Assembly (NCBI RefSeq): GCF_006345805.1
Contig: NC_043000.1
Coordinates: 87,482,001-87,546,000, forward strand
Direction: 5' to 3'
Origin: Octopus sinensis
Lineage: Eukaryota
Length of the DNA: 64,000 nt
The notes under the pieces were generated by a model. That model made no database searches. It saw only the letters and a list, made by a program, of their open reading frames with translations, and was not told where the DNA came from. A program made the position numbers and the translations under genes. Shown one piece after another: positions 12,701 through 31,817 of this stretch; positions within the stretch are counted from its first letter, which is position 1; the number at the start of each line of letters is the position of its first letter.

Positions 12701-13293
12701 ATCCAATGGTAAAGAAATGCTGTTCACATTTACAAAACTCTTTCAACAAATTCTTTTTCTGGTAACTGTAAATAGATCTAAAAGCTCCATTTGTTCAGTT
12801 TGCATTAAGGGAAGGTTCACTTTCACGCAACTACTGTATGAACAAACTATAATATTTGACTGCGTCATAATTGCTACTGCAGTTATTGTTGTTGCTATCA
12901 TTGCTATGCTTGAAACTACTTCTTTGAATATTTAAAATGATTATTTTATATTTAATGTTCAGTAAATTTCATTTTCTCCTTTTGTATATTCCATTGTGTG
13001 TTTTGCTTTTGTATTTTTCTTTTTTGCTATTGCAGTGGTCGGTTGTATAACATAAGTATGTTTGGTAGCCATTTTCGGATGTAAGAATATAATGTATGTA
13101 AATAAAATGATAAAAGTTTGTAAAATAAACATGTTTTTTCTTTTGTTATGTACCCTCTGGTATTGATAACAGACTCCCCTTGGGTAATTATAATTCTGTT
13201 TTGCAAATATTCCAAAGAAAGCGCTATTTGAAATGTTTTCTAGGTGAGGAAAAATATCATAAAACAAATAGTAATAATAATAATAATAATGAC

Positions 13294-13349
<56 letters not shown>

Positions 13350-13390
13350 CGATGATGATGATTATGATGATGATGATTATGATGATAATG

Positions 13391-13425
<35 letters not shown>

Positions 13426-13430
<5 letters not shown>

Positions 13431-14674
13431 ACTGACCAAAATAGATAGGAAAACAAGAAAAATAATGACAGGATCTAGGATGCATCACCCAAAATCTGAC
13501 ATAGAAAGACTATATATACAACGTATAGAAGGTGGTAGAGGCCTTATACAGCTGGAAAACTACTATAAAATAACCACCATAGGACTGCAAAAATATCTAC
13601 TTCAGAAGGAAGGAAAACTGATCCAGATAGCGGTAAAACACGAGCAAAACAAAAAACTGTTCTCAGTATTTAAGGAAGCTGACAAATACAAACAAGAAAT
13701 CATACCACCTAATAAACATGAAGAAGAAGAAGAAGATGAAGAAACAACAAAAGCTATAAAGCAAATGAAATCCAAACTAAAAATAGAACAGCAACGAACC
13801 ATGATAAAACGATGGCAAGAAAAGCCCCTTCATGGTAAATACTGCACTAAACTAAACGCAAAAGAAATAGACAAAGAAAAATCCCAGCAATGGTTGAGAA
13901 GCTCAGGACTCAAAGCAGAAATAGAGGGATGTTTAATTGCAGCACAAGACCAAAGCCTCCCCACCAGAAATTACCAAAAACATGTAATGAAAAGAAATAT
14001 TACAAGTAACTGCAGAATATGTGGAGATGGACAAGAAACAATAAATCATATTATCTCTAGCTGCCCAGTCCTGGCTAAGAAGGAATATATTCACAGACAT
14101 GACAGAGTTGGAACCTACATACATTGGAAGCTATGCCAACATTATGGAATAACAACAGAAAAAAGATGGTATAGGCACACACCAGAAAAGGTCACAGAAA
14201 ACGAGAAAGCAACCATACTCTGGGATATGCTGATACACACAGATAGAGAAATTAAGGCCAACAGGCCAGATATAGTTGTCAGAGATCATGAAGAAAAAAA
14301 ATGCTTTCTAATTGATGTATCAATACCGGCTGATGAAAACATGTCTCTAAAAGAAATGGAGAAACTCTCAAAATACAAAGACCTGGAAATAGAGGTAACT
14401 AGAATGTGGAATCTGAAAACAGAAACAATTCCTATCATAGTAGGTGCATTAGGCATGATAAAATAATATTCAGACAAATACATAACAAAAACACCAGGAC
14501 TTACAAACACATATAACATACAGAAAATTGCACTACTAGGCACTGCACACATCCTACGCAGAACACTTTCCATACAATAACCATCAGAGCATCACAACAA
14601 ATCACAGCACATACCCAAGGCACACAAAGCTGTGCTCGGTAGTGAAGTGAAAGCACGCTATAAAAATAAAACTA

Positions 14675-14677
<3 letters not shown>
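13426..14677 (+). mobile_element. R4/Dong LINE family A, 5'-truncated
   Basis: Same CCHC/RHD/PD-D motifs and 3'UTR as 4554-6106; preceded by (GAT)n(AAT)n and followed by (AAT)n; stop codon in GMIK*YS. Confidence 0.93.
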
Positions 14678-14756
<79 letters not shown>

Positions 14757-14774
14757 TAATAATAATAATAATAA

Positions 14775-14914
14775 GTACTTAATATGAAAAGAGGGAAGAA
14801 AGTAGCCTGCAGAAGATTGCGGTTACCATCAGGAGAGACCATGGGTGAACCCGACGTTAGTCAGTATAGCTATTTAGGGATTTTGGAGGTGGATGACATT
14901 CTACACAGAGAACG
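14775..14914 (+). mobile_element. Short R4/Dong RT-thumb fragment of a different family
   Basis: VLNMKRGKKVACRRLRLPSGETMGEPDVSQYSYLGILEVDDILHRE. Confidence 0.65.
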
Positions 14915-14917
14915 TAC

Positions 14918-16254
14918 TATAAGTACTTGGGGATATGGGAAATGGATAAATTGATGGAGAAAGAAATGAGAGAAAAATTTAAAGTGGAGTACTTGAGCAG
15001 ACTAAGACTGATCCTTAAGTCAAAATTAAAAGGACGGAATAAGATTGAAGCTACCAACACCTGGGAGGTTTTACTACTTAGATAAGGAGCAGGGGTAATC
15101 GCATGGACAGTAGACGAACTAAACAGATTGGACAGAAAGACAAGGAAGTTGCTGAGTAGATATGTGATACTCCATCCAAAAAGTGACACAGACAGACTGT
15201 ATGTACCAAGAAAAAAGAGGGGGAAGATGATTGATTGGATGCGAACACAACATTAGTGCAGAGGAAAATAACATGGTATGATATGTTAAACATGCCATAG
15301 AAACACTAATTTTGGAAGCAAGAAGGTTAGCCTTGTGTAGTGTAGGATGGAAGATTTCAAAGATAAAGCATTGTACAAGAAATTGAGAATGAATGAAACT
15401 GAAAATAGATGGATAAAGAAAAGAGTGCATGAAAATTTCATAGAGATGTTAAACATAAAAGTGACAAAGAAAAGAGATGGCTATGGATGACTGGAAGTGA
15501 TATAAAACCAGAAACGGAGGCTCTAATCTGTGCTGTCAAAGAGAAAGCATTATGATCCAATTACATCAAATACTGAATAAACAACACATCAAAAGTAATA
15601 AGTGCAGAATTTGTGGACAAAATGGTGAAACCGTATGGAATATTAACAATCAATGCACGCCACTAGCCTAGAAAGAATATAAGAGACGTCATAACAATAT
15701 AGCCAGGCTTGTCCATTGGAAACTTTGCAAGAAGTATGGACTTGACAGAGTAAAAAATTGGTACGAACGTAAACCCGAAGGCATCATCAAGAATGATAAT
15801 GCAAATATCCTATGAGATTTTATGATTTAGTGCAACCATGCGATAGAGAATAGGAAACCAGACTTAGTGTTAATTGAGAAAGAAAGCAAACGATGCTGGA
15901 TCATAGATATAGCATGCCCAGTTAACAACAAGGTATGCGATAAGGAAGAAAGAAAAGTCGATAGATATGACAGATTAGCTTGGGAGGTGAAGCACTTGTG
16001 TTTGATGAAAATGGTGGTAGTAGTACCAATAATTGTCAGAGCCCTGGGAACAGTGAGTAAAAATCTGGAGAACTACATGGAATAAATAGGGGCTACAATA
16101 AGGATGGAGCACTTGCAGGAAACAGCACTGCTTGGAACCGCTTGAATATTCCGGATGGTGCTCGAAAAATAAGGGGTGTTGCCTTAGTTCACTGGTAGTG
16201 AAAAGCTGGCACCATAGTACATCTCCAGCGTTAGAAGCTGTGGAAAGACAATGG
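14918..16254 (+). mobile_element. R4/Dong LINE 3' portion (family D/E), degenerate
   Basis: YKYLGIWEMDKLMEKEMREKFK...HPKSDTDRLY, CRICGQNGET, KPDLVLIEK..WIIDIACP, 3'UTR, (AAT)n tail at 16255-16410. Confidence 0.85.
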
Positions 16255-16281
16255 ATAATGATGATGATGATAATAATAATA

Positions 16282-16410
<129 letters not shown>

Positions 16411-18707
16411 CCATTTCCAAAATCTCAAAGTACTTTTAGCCCGTCTCTTCTATCTGCTTCATAAACCCCCCACCTCCACCGACGGTATCGTGAGTCCGTC
16501 CATATATTTGATTTTATCTCTCTTCAAGACTAACACACCACACTTTTCAGTGCGAACTCCATTCTGATACCTGCACTCAAAGTATACACCATATCAGCGA
16601 GGGAACTGACTTGGGATTCATCTTTACCATAAAGTTTGAGGTCATCCATGAATAACAAATGGCTGACATTTTGTTGGCGGCTTTTGAATACATACCCAGC
16701 TATTGCTTTCCTCAGAATCAGTGTTAGTGGTATCAAGCACAGTACAAAGATCACTAGGAACAGGCAGTCTCCTTTGAAGATGCCCCCTCTAATTTCTGCC
16801 GTTTCTAAACTTCTTCCGTATGCTGTCAGATCCGTCCTCGAATTCGCCATACATTTTCCAAGCAATCGCTCAACATTCGATGCAATACCAAATAGTTTCA
16901 TACATTCCATAATCCAAGAATGTGGGATCATATTCTACGCCTTACGATAGTCGATGGCTAAGTTACTTTTCCTCCTCTTGCAGTCTCTAAGTATACTTTT
17001 CTCTCTCAGGAGTTGATCCTTGGTACCTCTGCACTTACGCTTGCAACCCTTCTGCTCATGTGGCAGGACTCCATTTTTATCCAGATGTTCGTATTTTGAT
17101 TCTACGGGTATTCCAGTCAATAACTTTCCCATAAGTGGCAAACAGGATATCAGCCTGTAATTGTCTACCGTATTGCCTTTCCCGCTGTTTTTCAAGCACA
17201 GAATTGTCCTACCCAATGTCAACCACTCTGGTGTTACTTGGTCGGCATTTAATAAGGTGTTGAGTTGCGCAACTATTCGTGCATGACGTTCATGAAATCT
17301 TTTGAAGCAGTAGCCTTGAACTCCATCTGGTCCTGGGGCCTTCCAGTTGCTCATTTTTTTGTTGATTTCCTTCACATCCCTAACCGATATGACTAGTTCT
17401 GCCTGTTTTGGACAGACTACTGTTTGTTTCAGTTCTTGCAACCATTCAGCATCCTTCTTGTGCTCCTTTTCTTTGCTCCAGATGACACTCCAAAACTTTT
17501 GACTTTCATAGTTATCTAGTATCAACTTTTCATCTGTACACTCTCTATTTATTTATTTATAGAAACTCTTCTGATCTACTCTGAATAATCTATTCTGGCG
17601 GTAACCCTTCATTCTTTGGTCGTTTCTTACTATATTCGCTTCCTTTGCAACGAGTCACTGTTTCAGTTCCTCCATCACCAATTTCCGACCCTTTCTATAT
17701 TGTCTATATGTATTTTGTATATTATACTTCCTTTTCAGTACCCTGTATGTTTGTTCGCTTTTAGGTCTAACACAGAGATTTCCTTCGAGAGCATGTCTAA
17801 CCCTGCCTGTATTTTTCTTTTCTACCATGGATCTTTTCTTTTGTCACTTCCATTATGTTTCTTTCTCTTGACATCAACGCCCACGTTTCTACTACAACAA
17901 TACTTGCTGCTTTGATCAAATTACTTGTTTCTGTGCTGTTGTTTGTTCTAATGTATTTCAGAATTTCATTGAGATTTTTAACTTCTTGGTTCAATTTCCA
18001 TCGATCAACCTTTTTAAGGTTGTAAATAATGTCACTATCTTGCTCCTGTAGTCTTGCCTTTATTCTGTCGTAGATTGCCTTTTGTTCATCTGTCATGTCA
18101 CCATTAGTTTTATTGTCTTCTTTTTGATCATCTATATGTCTCATGAAGTAAACTACCACTGCTCCTTTCCTGTGCTATGGGATTACTCATATTAGTAAGA
18201 ACTGTAATTTTATCGTTATCTCTGCTTCTATTTTCCAAGACCCGTTTTTTGATAGCTTCGAGCTCTACTTCTGTGAACGAACGATTTTTCTTATTACTCT
18301 AGCTTGAACACATAGTCTCTGTTCCGTAAGTTAAAACAATCCCTTTTCTCTCCAGTGATCATACATACGTTGTCAGTAACCCCTATTTTCATCTACCGGG
18401 CTGCTCGGGTAGTAACACTCCATGACCACAGCATTAATTTACTTGCTCCATCTACGCCGTGTGTGGTGCTGCCGTTCTGGATATCGACGACCTGGAGCCT
18501 GACCAGAGTCTCTGAGCATGCCGGGTGGAACACTGTCACCATCAATGGCTTCAGTTTCATGACCATCGTTATTCACAATATTTTGTTTATTCATTGTCAA
18601 TCATTTGAGGTAGCGATTATCAGGTTGCGCAATTACCAGTGTTTTTATTGTGACACCATCACTAGATGTATCATTAATCAGTCCAGGGGTGCTCTACCAG
18701 TTTCCTT

Positions 18708-18709
<2 letters not shown>
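16411..18709 (-). mobile_element. R4/Dong LINE family D, 5' portion to RT, 3'-truncated
   Basis: N-terminal RRRWSK.IN.VVMECYY..P.DENRGY..MYDHWREKG..TEQRL; WKAPGPDGVQG; YRLISCLP; IDYRKA; LLFMDDLKLY; ends at KYFEILEM. Confidence 0.88.
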
Positions 18710-23633
<4,924 letters not shown>

Positions 23634-25099
23634 ATCATCATCATCATCATCATCATCACTGATGTCACTGATATTATTGTTTTCATGTGTAGTAGCAGCA
23701 GTGGTTGCAGCAACAGCAACAGTAGCAGGGGTGGGGTTGTGGTAAGAATGGTAGTTGGGCTTTATGTTCATGTGCTATCATAATAGTAGTATCTGTAGCA
23801 TAAGCAGCTGCTCATATTATTATTAATATTATTATTTTTATCAGTATCACCATCACCACCGTTACCGTTGTTTTCATCGTCATTACCATTTCCATTTATT
23901 ATTAAACGATTTTACTAAATGTTCTTTATTTTGAACTTTTGTCTTGTACTTTTCATAGTCATAAATATGTGGATGTTGATGGAACCAGTTTTGTAGCAGC
24001 TTGGTGAATAGATCATATTCTACAGGTCTCTAAATAGATTCGGCAGATGGTGGGGAGGTCAGCCATAGAGACAAAGGAATCTTCGCACCCTTTGGATCAG
24101 CAGAGGTCAAATGTGTTTACTACTACTAGTCACCACTGAGAGCGCTGCCTTGGAAAGAAGCAATTCAACCTGTTCTATTTGTAATTACTGCTATAAAACG
24201 CAATAATACACACACACACAGATACATATATACTGATATTCACGTCATTGAATTTATTGTTCCTTTGTTTCAGGTTTACTTATGATATTTACTTCAACAA
24301 TTAGAAAACTAAAGATTTGTTCACGATGACGATTCTCAACATTTCTAGGGAATTAGACATAAATTGATTAACATGAATTTTCTAGACGTAATTAAATATT
24401 CTAAATTTGATTAATGAGATTAACATAAATGTTCTAAACATGATTAATCAGATTAACATAAATTCCCCCAAGATAACTGCAGCTTTAAAGCTGAAACATT
24501 TTAAAGAGTTTTTAAAAAACAGAAATTAAAGAGGTTAACCTAAATGTTCTAGATAGATTAATTAGATTAACGTGAATATCTTCTATATAATAAAATAGAT
24601 TAGCATAACTTTTCTAAACACAAATACAGTACTGTAATTTACTAGAGATAGTATATTGTGTAATTGATGTATATAGTTAAAAGAAAAGCCTTTATGAAGG
24701 TAATTTACCAGTAAAAAGACACAAAGACGACATATTGCATTAGCCTACATAGATTGTTGTTAAAGCTTCTATCACATTTCAAGAAATCTCAGATTATTTT
24801 CTCTCTTCCATTTGATAAGAAGCTTTCCTAAAATATAAAAGCAGCATTAAACATGCTATGTAGGATAATATTGTATCTTGTCTTAGTTTTTATTTATTGG
24901 CATCACTATCCATAATTTACCTAAATTTTCACTTGCATTTCTTAAAGAACATAAAAATATTTCTACCAGACTAGCATTAACTTTCTAGACATTATTAAAA
25001 AGATCAAAACTTTGGTATACATAATTAAGACAGTATTTAGTTAAAATAGTCATCCATGTATCATACGTAACGTATGCATACTGTCAATGGCCCATTTAC

Positions 25100-25460
25100 G
25101 GTTACAATACCTGTAATTGTAGGAGCACTTGGAGTGATAAAAAAAAAGGAACTGAATATTATTTAAGAATGATTCCTGGCTTACCATCCATGCAGGAAGT
25201 GCAAAAGAATGCCTTAACTGGTATGTCACATGTACTGAGAACAGCATTGTCGCCGTGAATTTCCTTTCCTTTTATTTTCTTTGTTTACTTTTTAATTTTT
25301 CATTTTTTCCGTTTTTTCTCTATCCTTTTCCCTCCTTTTTCTTTATCATATCAAATAGTAAATGAACAATCTGGCGTGTTTATTTTAATGGCTTTCCACT
25401 GTATACAGTGTGTTTCTCTGCCTTAGATGTTAGGAAGAGATTTGACATGAAATGGAAACA

Positions 25461-25461
<1 letters not shown>
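25100..25461 (+). mobile_element. R4/Dong LINE family B, 3' fragment
   Basis: VTIPVIVGALGVIK..MIPGLPSMQEVQK..TGMSHVLR; 3'UTR homologous to 50820-50910; (AAT)n tail. Confidence 0.8.
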
Positions 25462-25529
<68 letters not shown>

Positions 25530-25560
25530 TGATGATGATAAATAAATAAATAAATAAATA

Positions 25561-25697
25561 AGAAGAGCGAATTGTAATAGAGATTGTTTATTGAATGTAT
25601 TGAACAATATTTCGACAGCCCGTCTGTCTTTTTTGCGCTCTTATTGTTTCGTGAAGAGTTACGTATATCTTTATAAACTAATAATAATAGTAATAAC

Positions 25698-25774
<77 letters not shown>

Positions 25775-25823
25775 TGATGATGATGATGATAATAATAATA
25801 ATAATAATATAATAATAATAATA

Positions 25824-25862
<39 letters not shown>

Positions 25863-26002
25863 TGATGATAAATAAATAAATAAGAAGAGCGAATTGTAAT
25901 AGAGATTGTTTATTGAATGTATTGAACAATATTTCGACAGGCCGTCTGTCTTTTTTTTGCGCTCTTATTGTTTCGTGAAGAGTTACGTATATCTTTATAA
26001 AC

Positions 26003-26003
<1 letters not shown>
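25561..26003. repeat. Two copies of a ~120-bp unit (25561-25679, 25883-26003) embedded in (AAT)n
   Basis: AGAAGAGCGAATTGTAATAG...ATCTTTATAAACT occurs twice, differing by a substitution and T-run length. Confidence 0.9.
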
Positions 26004-26043
<40 letters not shown>

Positions 26044-26088
26044 TAATAATAATGATAAGATAATGATAATAATATAATAATAATAATA

Positions 26089-26152
<64 letters not shown>

Positions 26153-26192
26153 TAATAATAATAATGATAATGATAATATAATAATAATAATG

Positions 26193-26266
<74 letters not shown>

Positions 26267-26269
<3 letters not shown>

Positions 26270-26538
26270 CCCCAAAATGGCAGAAATTCAAAAGATAGTG
26301 CTCATGGGAACTGCTCATATCCTACGCAAAATACTCTCTATGTAATCCCAAGGTTTAAAACAAACTTTTTATTTATTTATTTATTTATTTATTTTTTTTT
26401 TTTTTATGTATTAGACATTCACTAGTACAACACCCCCCCCCAAGTATATGGCACAGAACTTCCAACCTGTTGTCTCTTGAGGTTTCTGGGTGAGACTTGG
26501 AGCCAACTTGTACAGACATAAAGCAAAAGTCAAACATA

Positions 26539-26540
<2 letters not shown>
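26267..26540 (+). mobile_element. R4/Dong LINE family C, 3' end
   Basis: PKMAEIQKIVLMGTAHILRKILSM* plus ~195-nt 3'UTR; (AAT)n on both sides; homologous to 28707-29165 (minus). Confidence 0.85.
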
Positions 26541-26601
<61 letters not shown>

Positions 26602-26624
26602 TGATAATAATAATAACAATAATA

Positions 26625-27290
26625 AAGAAATGGCATGGAGAAAAAAAATTCACGGTCAGTTTTGCAAAGATAGATGCAGAAAGTAGGTGAAGTGATTTGA
26701 AAGTAGAAATAGTAGTAATGCGGCTCAAAAAAAGCAAGTATTAAGGACAAACTATCTGAAGTGCCGAATGGACAAAACCACCAAGAACGAAAAATTCAGA
26801 TTGTGTGGTGAGAGGATAAAACAGTGTGGCACATGGGTAGTGAGTGCCCTAATTTGGCACAACGTGAATTCAAAAGGCGATATGACAATGTGGCAAGAAT
26901 GATCCGTTCTTATTACCTAGAAAGATCAAAGACGTGGTATGACCAAATTCCAGAAGAAAAACATACTTGATAATTGACCTAGCATGTCCTGGTGACAACA
27001 GGGTTGAAAAGGAAGAAGATAAAGGGAACAAATATGATGAATTGAGGTGGGAAATACGCAGGTTATGGGCAATGAAGGAAGATGTGATAGCAGTACCGAC
27101 TACCAATATGGGTCAAAAAGATTGGAACGAATGTAATGTTAGAACACCTACAAAAATCATCATTGCTTGGAATTACAAGAGTATTCGCAGTGTTCTTGAC
27201 GCATAATCAGTAAACACATGCCACTTTAGTCTGCTGGCTGTGGACAGCTGACATTTTCCATCATACCTAGCAAAATAAAGCTGGAATTTT
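26625..27290 (+). mobile_element. Degenerate R4/Dong LINE family G, 3' part
   Basis: EKKIHGQF, RLCGE..TVWH..SECPNLAQREFKRRYDNVAR, IIDLACPGD; 3'UTR GCTGGCTGTGGACAGCTGACA shared with 29361-29430. Confidence 0.75.
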
Positions 27291-27894
27291 TCACGCTAGA
27301 AAACTAAGTGAATTACAATGGCGATAAATGAAAGCAAGAAAAATAATAATTGTATTTAGAATACGGCGCTCAAAATTCGATACAGAAAAATATTAACTTC
27401 ATCTACAACTAGAACAATAAAGCAAAAAGGAGAAAAAAAAAGAAAAAGAAAAGAAAAATTTAACTGCAAGACGATGAAAATATTTTGAAAAGAAAAGTAG
27501 AAAAGAAAATTTATAAGAATTTAATGAACGACATTATAACAAAACCAGTTACCTCTCTTCAAGGGAACCAAGAGATATAAAGTAAAAGCTGAGTAAGCGT
27601 ACAACTGCAAGGCGAGGTTGAGACAATAAATGAAAGTATTTAAAAGTCAACAACTAAATTGTTAATAATATATAAAATGTCATGCTCAGATATTGACAGG
27701 AAAATCATTGGCATAGCCAGTGGTTGGTATGACTCTGCACAGCGGTAGTCGTTAGAGAAAAAATAAGGAAAGAACTTGATCAATTGAGAATTCCTGAAAC
27801 TGAAGGGTATTTTAGTTCAGTTTAAGACCAACACTTTCCACCACAAAAATATAATGAAATAGTATTTCCTTATATTATGAAGAAAAAGGTGGCG

Positions 27895-28300
27895 AACTGG
27901 CAGAATTGTTACCGCACCGGACGAAATGCTTAGCAGCATTTCTTCCGACTTTACGTTCCGAGGTCAAATGCAGCCGGTATCTACTTAGTCTTTCATTTGT
28001 TCAGGGTCAATAAAATAAGTGCCAGTTGAACACTGGGGTCGATGTAATCAAATTTTCCCCTCTTCCGAAATTGTTAGCTATTATGCAGAATAAAGTAGCA
28101 AATGGGTGGAATCATTGGTTCGGTAGACAAAAGTATTTAGCAGTATTTCTTGCTCTCTCTCTCTCTCCCTCTCTCTCTCTCTTTCTCTCTCTTTCTCAGA
28201 GTTCAAATTACGCCGAGATCGACTTTGCCTTTTATCATTTCAGTGTCGATAAAGTCACGCTTGAATCCTAACCTTCCAAATTTCAGGCCTTGTGCCCATA
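27895..28300 (+). mobile_element. Two SINE S1 pieces (27895-28060, 28195-28300)
   Basis: GGCGAACTGGCAGAATTGTT head; second piece GAGTTCAAATTACGCCGAGATCGACTTTGCCTTT. Confidence 0.7.
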
Positions 28301-28309
28301 GCAGAAAGG

Positions 28310-28352
<43 letters not shown>

Positions 28353-28389
28353 TCATTATTATTCGGGATCGATGAATTAAGTACCAGTG

Positions 28390-28640
28390 ATTCACTCAAC
28401 AAACGGCTATGATGCTCCCCCACTACTTCTACTCGTGATCAGAGATGCACATATCGTCAACCACTAAGGGATATGCTCAACTGGTTATGGTCAAACAACT
28501 GACAAACAAATCTGTGATATTGGGCAGAATATTTGCTGTAGCCCATCTTCTATACCAAGTCAAAACAATGTACATGATAACACTTCCAGTCAGTTAAACT
28601 CAGAAGCCATGAGAGTCACAGCCTGGCACTGCATCAGGAC
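28390..28640 (-). mobile_element. Non-coding element X, 5' half, inverted
   Basis: Reverse complement starts GTCCTGATGCAGTGCCAGG immediately after (AAT)n on the minus strand; the 3' half is missing. Confidence 0.82.
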
Positions 28641-28706
<66 letters not shown>

Positions 28707-28708
<2 letters not shown>

Positions 28709-29165
28709 TATGTTTGACTTTTGCTTTATGTGTATGCAAGTTGGCTCCAAGTCTCACCCAGAGACCTCAAGAGACAGCAGGTTGGAAGTTCTGTGCCATA
28801 TATTTGGGGTTTTTTTTTTGTGTTGTACTAGTGAATGTCTAATACATAAAAAAATAATAAATAAATAAATAAAATAAAATAAAATAAAATAAATAAATAA
28901 ATAAATTTAAAAAAAGTTTGTTTTAAACCTTGGGATTACATAGAGAGTATTTTGCGTAGGATATGAGCAGTTCCCATGAGCACTATCTTTTGAATTTCTG
29001 CCATTTTGGGGTTTCCTGGTATCTGAGTTAGGTAGCAATTATTCCCTTTCGCTATCATTCCCAGGGCACCTATGACAACAGGTATTGTTTTAGTCTTCAG
29101 CTTCCACATTTTGCTGTCAAGATCTTTATATTTGCTCAGTTTTTGGTAGGTCTTGACAGATACGT
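28707..29165 (-). mobile_element. R4/Dong LINE family C, 5'-truncated
   Basis: LSKYKDLDSKMWKLKTKTIPVVIGALGMIAK..PKMAEIQKIVLMGTAH; (AAT)n on both sides. Confidence 0.87.
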
Positions 29166-29183
29166 TTATTATTATTATTATTA

Positions 29184-29234
<51 letters not shown>

Positions 29235-29260
29235 TATTATATTATTATTATTATATTATT

Positions 29261-29291
<31 letters not shown>

Positions 29292-29311
29292 TTATTATTA
29301 TTATTATATTA

Positions 29312-29342
<31 letters not shown>

Positions 29343-29360
29343 TTTATATTATTATTATTA

Positions 29361-29880
29361 TGCGATAAAAACTCACTGCTTATTTTGTTGGGTGTGATGG
29401 AAAGTGTCAGCTGTCCGCAGCCAGCAAGAGGTCACTTCTCCTTATCCATAGCCATCGATCCTCTGTATCTGTCTTGGCGTTCACATCTCTTATAAACTGG
29501 CCGTATATTTCCTTTACCTTCTATGCTTTTTTTTGTTCATTTGTTCATTTCTGATCATAGTAGTCTGTTTTCCTATGGCAACTGATCAAACCCCTCCGAC
29601 CCTTTCTTCTGGACAAGTACAGCCTATCGGTGTCAAACTTAGGGTGGAAGGCTCCGTGTACTGTCAAAAGTTTTCTGGTCTTGGTATCCATTGTCTTCAT
29701 TTCTCGCTTTTGCCATTTTGTAATTCTCGCTCCAAATCGAAATGATGTTATCGCCCTCGTATTAACTGCTTGGATTTTATTTCATCCAGTCAATTTTGAG
29801 CGCATTACCAGCCTGAGTCTTCGGAGATACTCCATCCTCAGTTGCTCTTTTATTTCCTCTTCCATTATCTCGTTGAACTC
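29361..29880 (-). mobile_element. R4/Dong LINE family G, internally deleted 3' part
   Basis: EFNEIMEEEIKEQLRMEYLRRLRLV..AFHPKFDTDRLYLSR..RWLWIRRSDL joined directly to the 3'UTR. Confidence 0.8.
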
Positions 29881-29966
29881 ATTATCCTCCTCCTCCTCCT
29901 CATTATTATTATTATTATTATTTTATTATTATTATTATTATTATTATTTTATTATTATTATTATTA

Positions 29967-30069
<103 letters not shown>

Positions 30070-30108
30070 TTATTATTGTTGTTGTTATTATTATTATTAT
30101 TATTATTG

Positions 30109-30167
<59 letters not shown>

Positions 30168-30169
<2 letters not shown>

Positions 30170-30690
30170 GGCAGTGCCTTAATTTTACGCCATCAGAGTT
30201 TATCTTCCGGCCTCTCTTCATAGTTTGTACTGACTGCACACTTATCTGCTCCAAATTGCATTCCAGTGTCTTTATTGAATATTCTCACTGTCTGGATTAG
30301 AGAATCCAGGTTTGTCTCATTTTTAGTATATACTTGAGATCATCCATATAAAGTAGGTGATTTATTTTTATTTTGGTTTTGAAAAACTCATGGGACGCAG
30401 GCCCGGATTTTCTCAGAATATTTGTCAGAAAGATTAGCGCAATGACGAACATTAACGGAGAGAGCGAGTTTCTTGGAAAACGCCCTTGCATATTTTCACG
30501 TTACCTAGCAGTTCATTTGCACTTCTCTCATTACTTTCTCCAAGAAGTTGCTTATCTTCTCATTGACTCCAAGCGTCCCCAGACATTTCAAGAATCAGCT
30601 GTGTAGGGCACTGTCGTAGGCCTTCCTGTAATCAATCCATCTAATAGCTAGATTCTTCCTCCTTAGTCGTACCTCATTTAATGCTGTCTA
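30168..30690 (-). mobile_element. R4/Dong RT fragment
   Basis: QGRFPRNSLSPLMFVIAL, INHLLYMDDLK, KRGRKINSDGVKL. Confidence 0.8.
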
Positions 30691-30691
30691 A

Positions 30692-30905
30692 GTGCAACGA
30701 GCTGGTAGAATCGTTGGAACACCGGGAAAATGCTTAGTAGCGTTTAGTCTATTTTCACGTTCTGAGTTCAAATGCCGCCGGGATCGACTTTGTTTTTCAT
30801 CTCATCAGGATCGATAAAATAAGTACTAATTGAACCCTGGGATCGAGGCAATCGACTTAATTCCTTCCAAAAAATGCTCACCTTGTGCCAAAATTTGAAA
30901 TCAAT
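30692..30905 (+). mobile_element. SINE S1
   Basis: GAGCTGGTAGAATCGTT..GAGTTCAAATGCC..GATCGATAAAATAAGTAC. Confidence 0.8.
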
Positions 30906-31149
30906 ATTTTACTGTCTATGAAAAGCAGACCAATAGTTCCTCTTGATTACTGCCAACATTCTTTTGGGTCTTCTGTCAGTAGGCTCTCCTCTTCCAGAAA
31001 ATTATACACCTCTAATAATTTCCAGAGTTATACTCAACAATTAATAAGTCTATAATTGCTAACTTCTCCTCGCCTTTCTTTGTCCTTCTGTGTGAGCCCT
31101 GTCCTTCTTTTGTCATCCTTGTTGATGTTCTATTTTCTATGCAGTCAAT

Positions 31150-31324
31150 AAAAAGCAGCCAGTTTCCATTCGACTATTTCCATCTCTAGGTCCTTTTATT
31201 TAGCAAATATTTCGAACTTTTTAACTTAGCTGGTACGGTCATATTTATTAGATAGTAGGCATTTTGTCGATGATCTTTAATAACAAAATCAGATCTATTG
31301 ACATTTACCTGCCTGTCAGTATGG

Positions 31325-31389
<65 letters not shown>

Positions 31390-31805
31390 ATTTTAGCGTG
31401 ATTTCGGGGCATTTTAGTTACTAGCCGAGTCTCTACCTGAGCCCTAAGGCTAGTAACTGTGTTATAACGTTACGAATTTTCTCAAAGAATGGGGTGTTGA
31501 GGTTAGTGCAATCTTTTGAACATCCTGTATATTTGATTTCCCAGATATTTTATAAATGAAGATTGAAGATCCCTTTTTAACCATGCTTAGTGCTCCTACT
31601 ATAACTGGTAGAGTAAATGTTTTCGGTTTCCACATTCTGCTGATTTCTATCTCTAGATCCTTTTATTTAGCTAATTTTTCGAATTCTTTAATTGAGCTAT
31701 TCCTATCTGATGGTACTGTCTTATATATTAGATAGCAGACACTTTGTCGACGATCTTTGATAATAATATGAGGTCTATTGGCATTTATTTGTCTATCACT
31801 ATGGA
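31150..31805 (-). mobile_element. Two degenerate R4/Dong RLE-domain fragments (31150-31325, 31388-31805) separated by (ATT)n
   Basis: Both translate to a degenerate HTDR..NRPD.IIKD...L.DM.VP...KDLEIEI motif. Confidence 0.6.
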
Positions 31806-31817
31806 TTGTTATTATTA

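Noticed and set aside
12959-13488. Poly-Y/I/N/H/D ORFs here and throughout the ORF track
   Set aside because: They are translations of (AAT)n, (GAT)n, (TA)n and (ATCT)n microsatellites.
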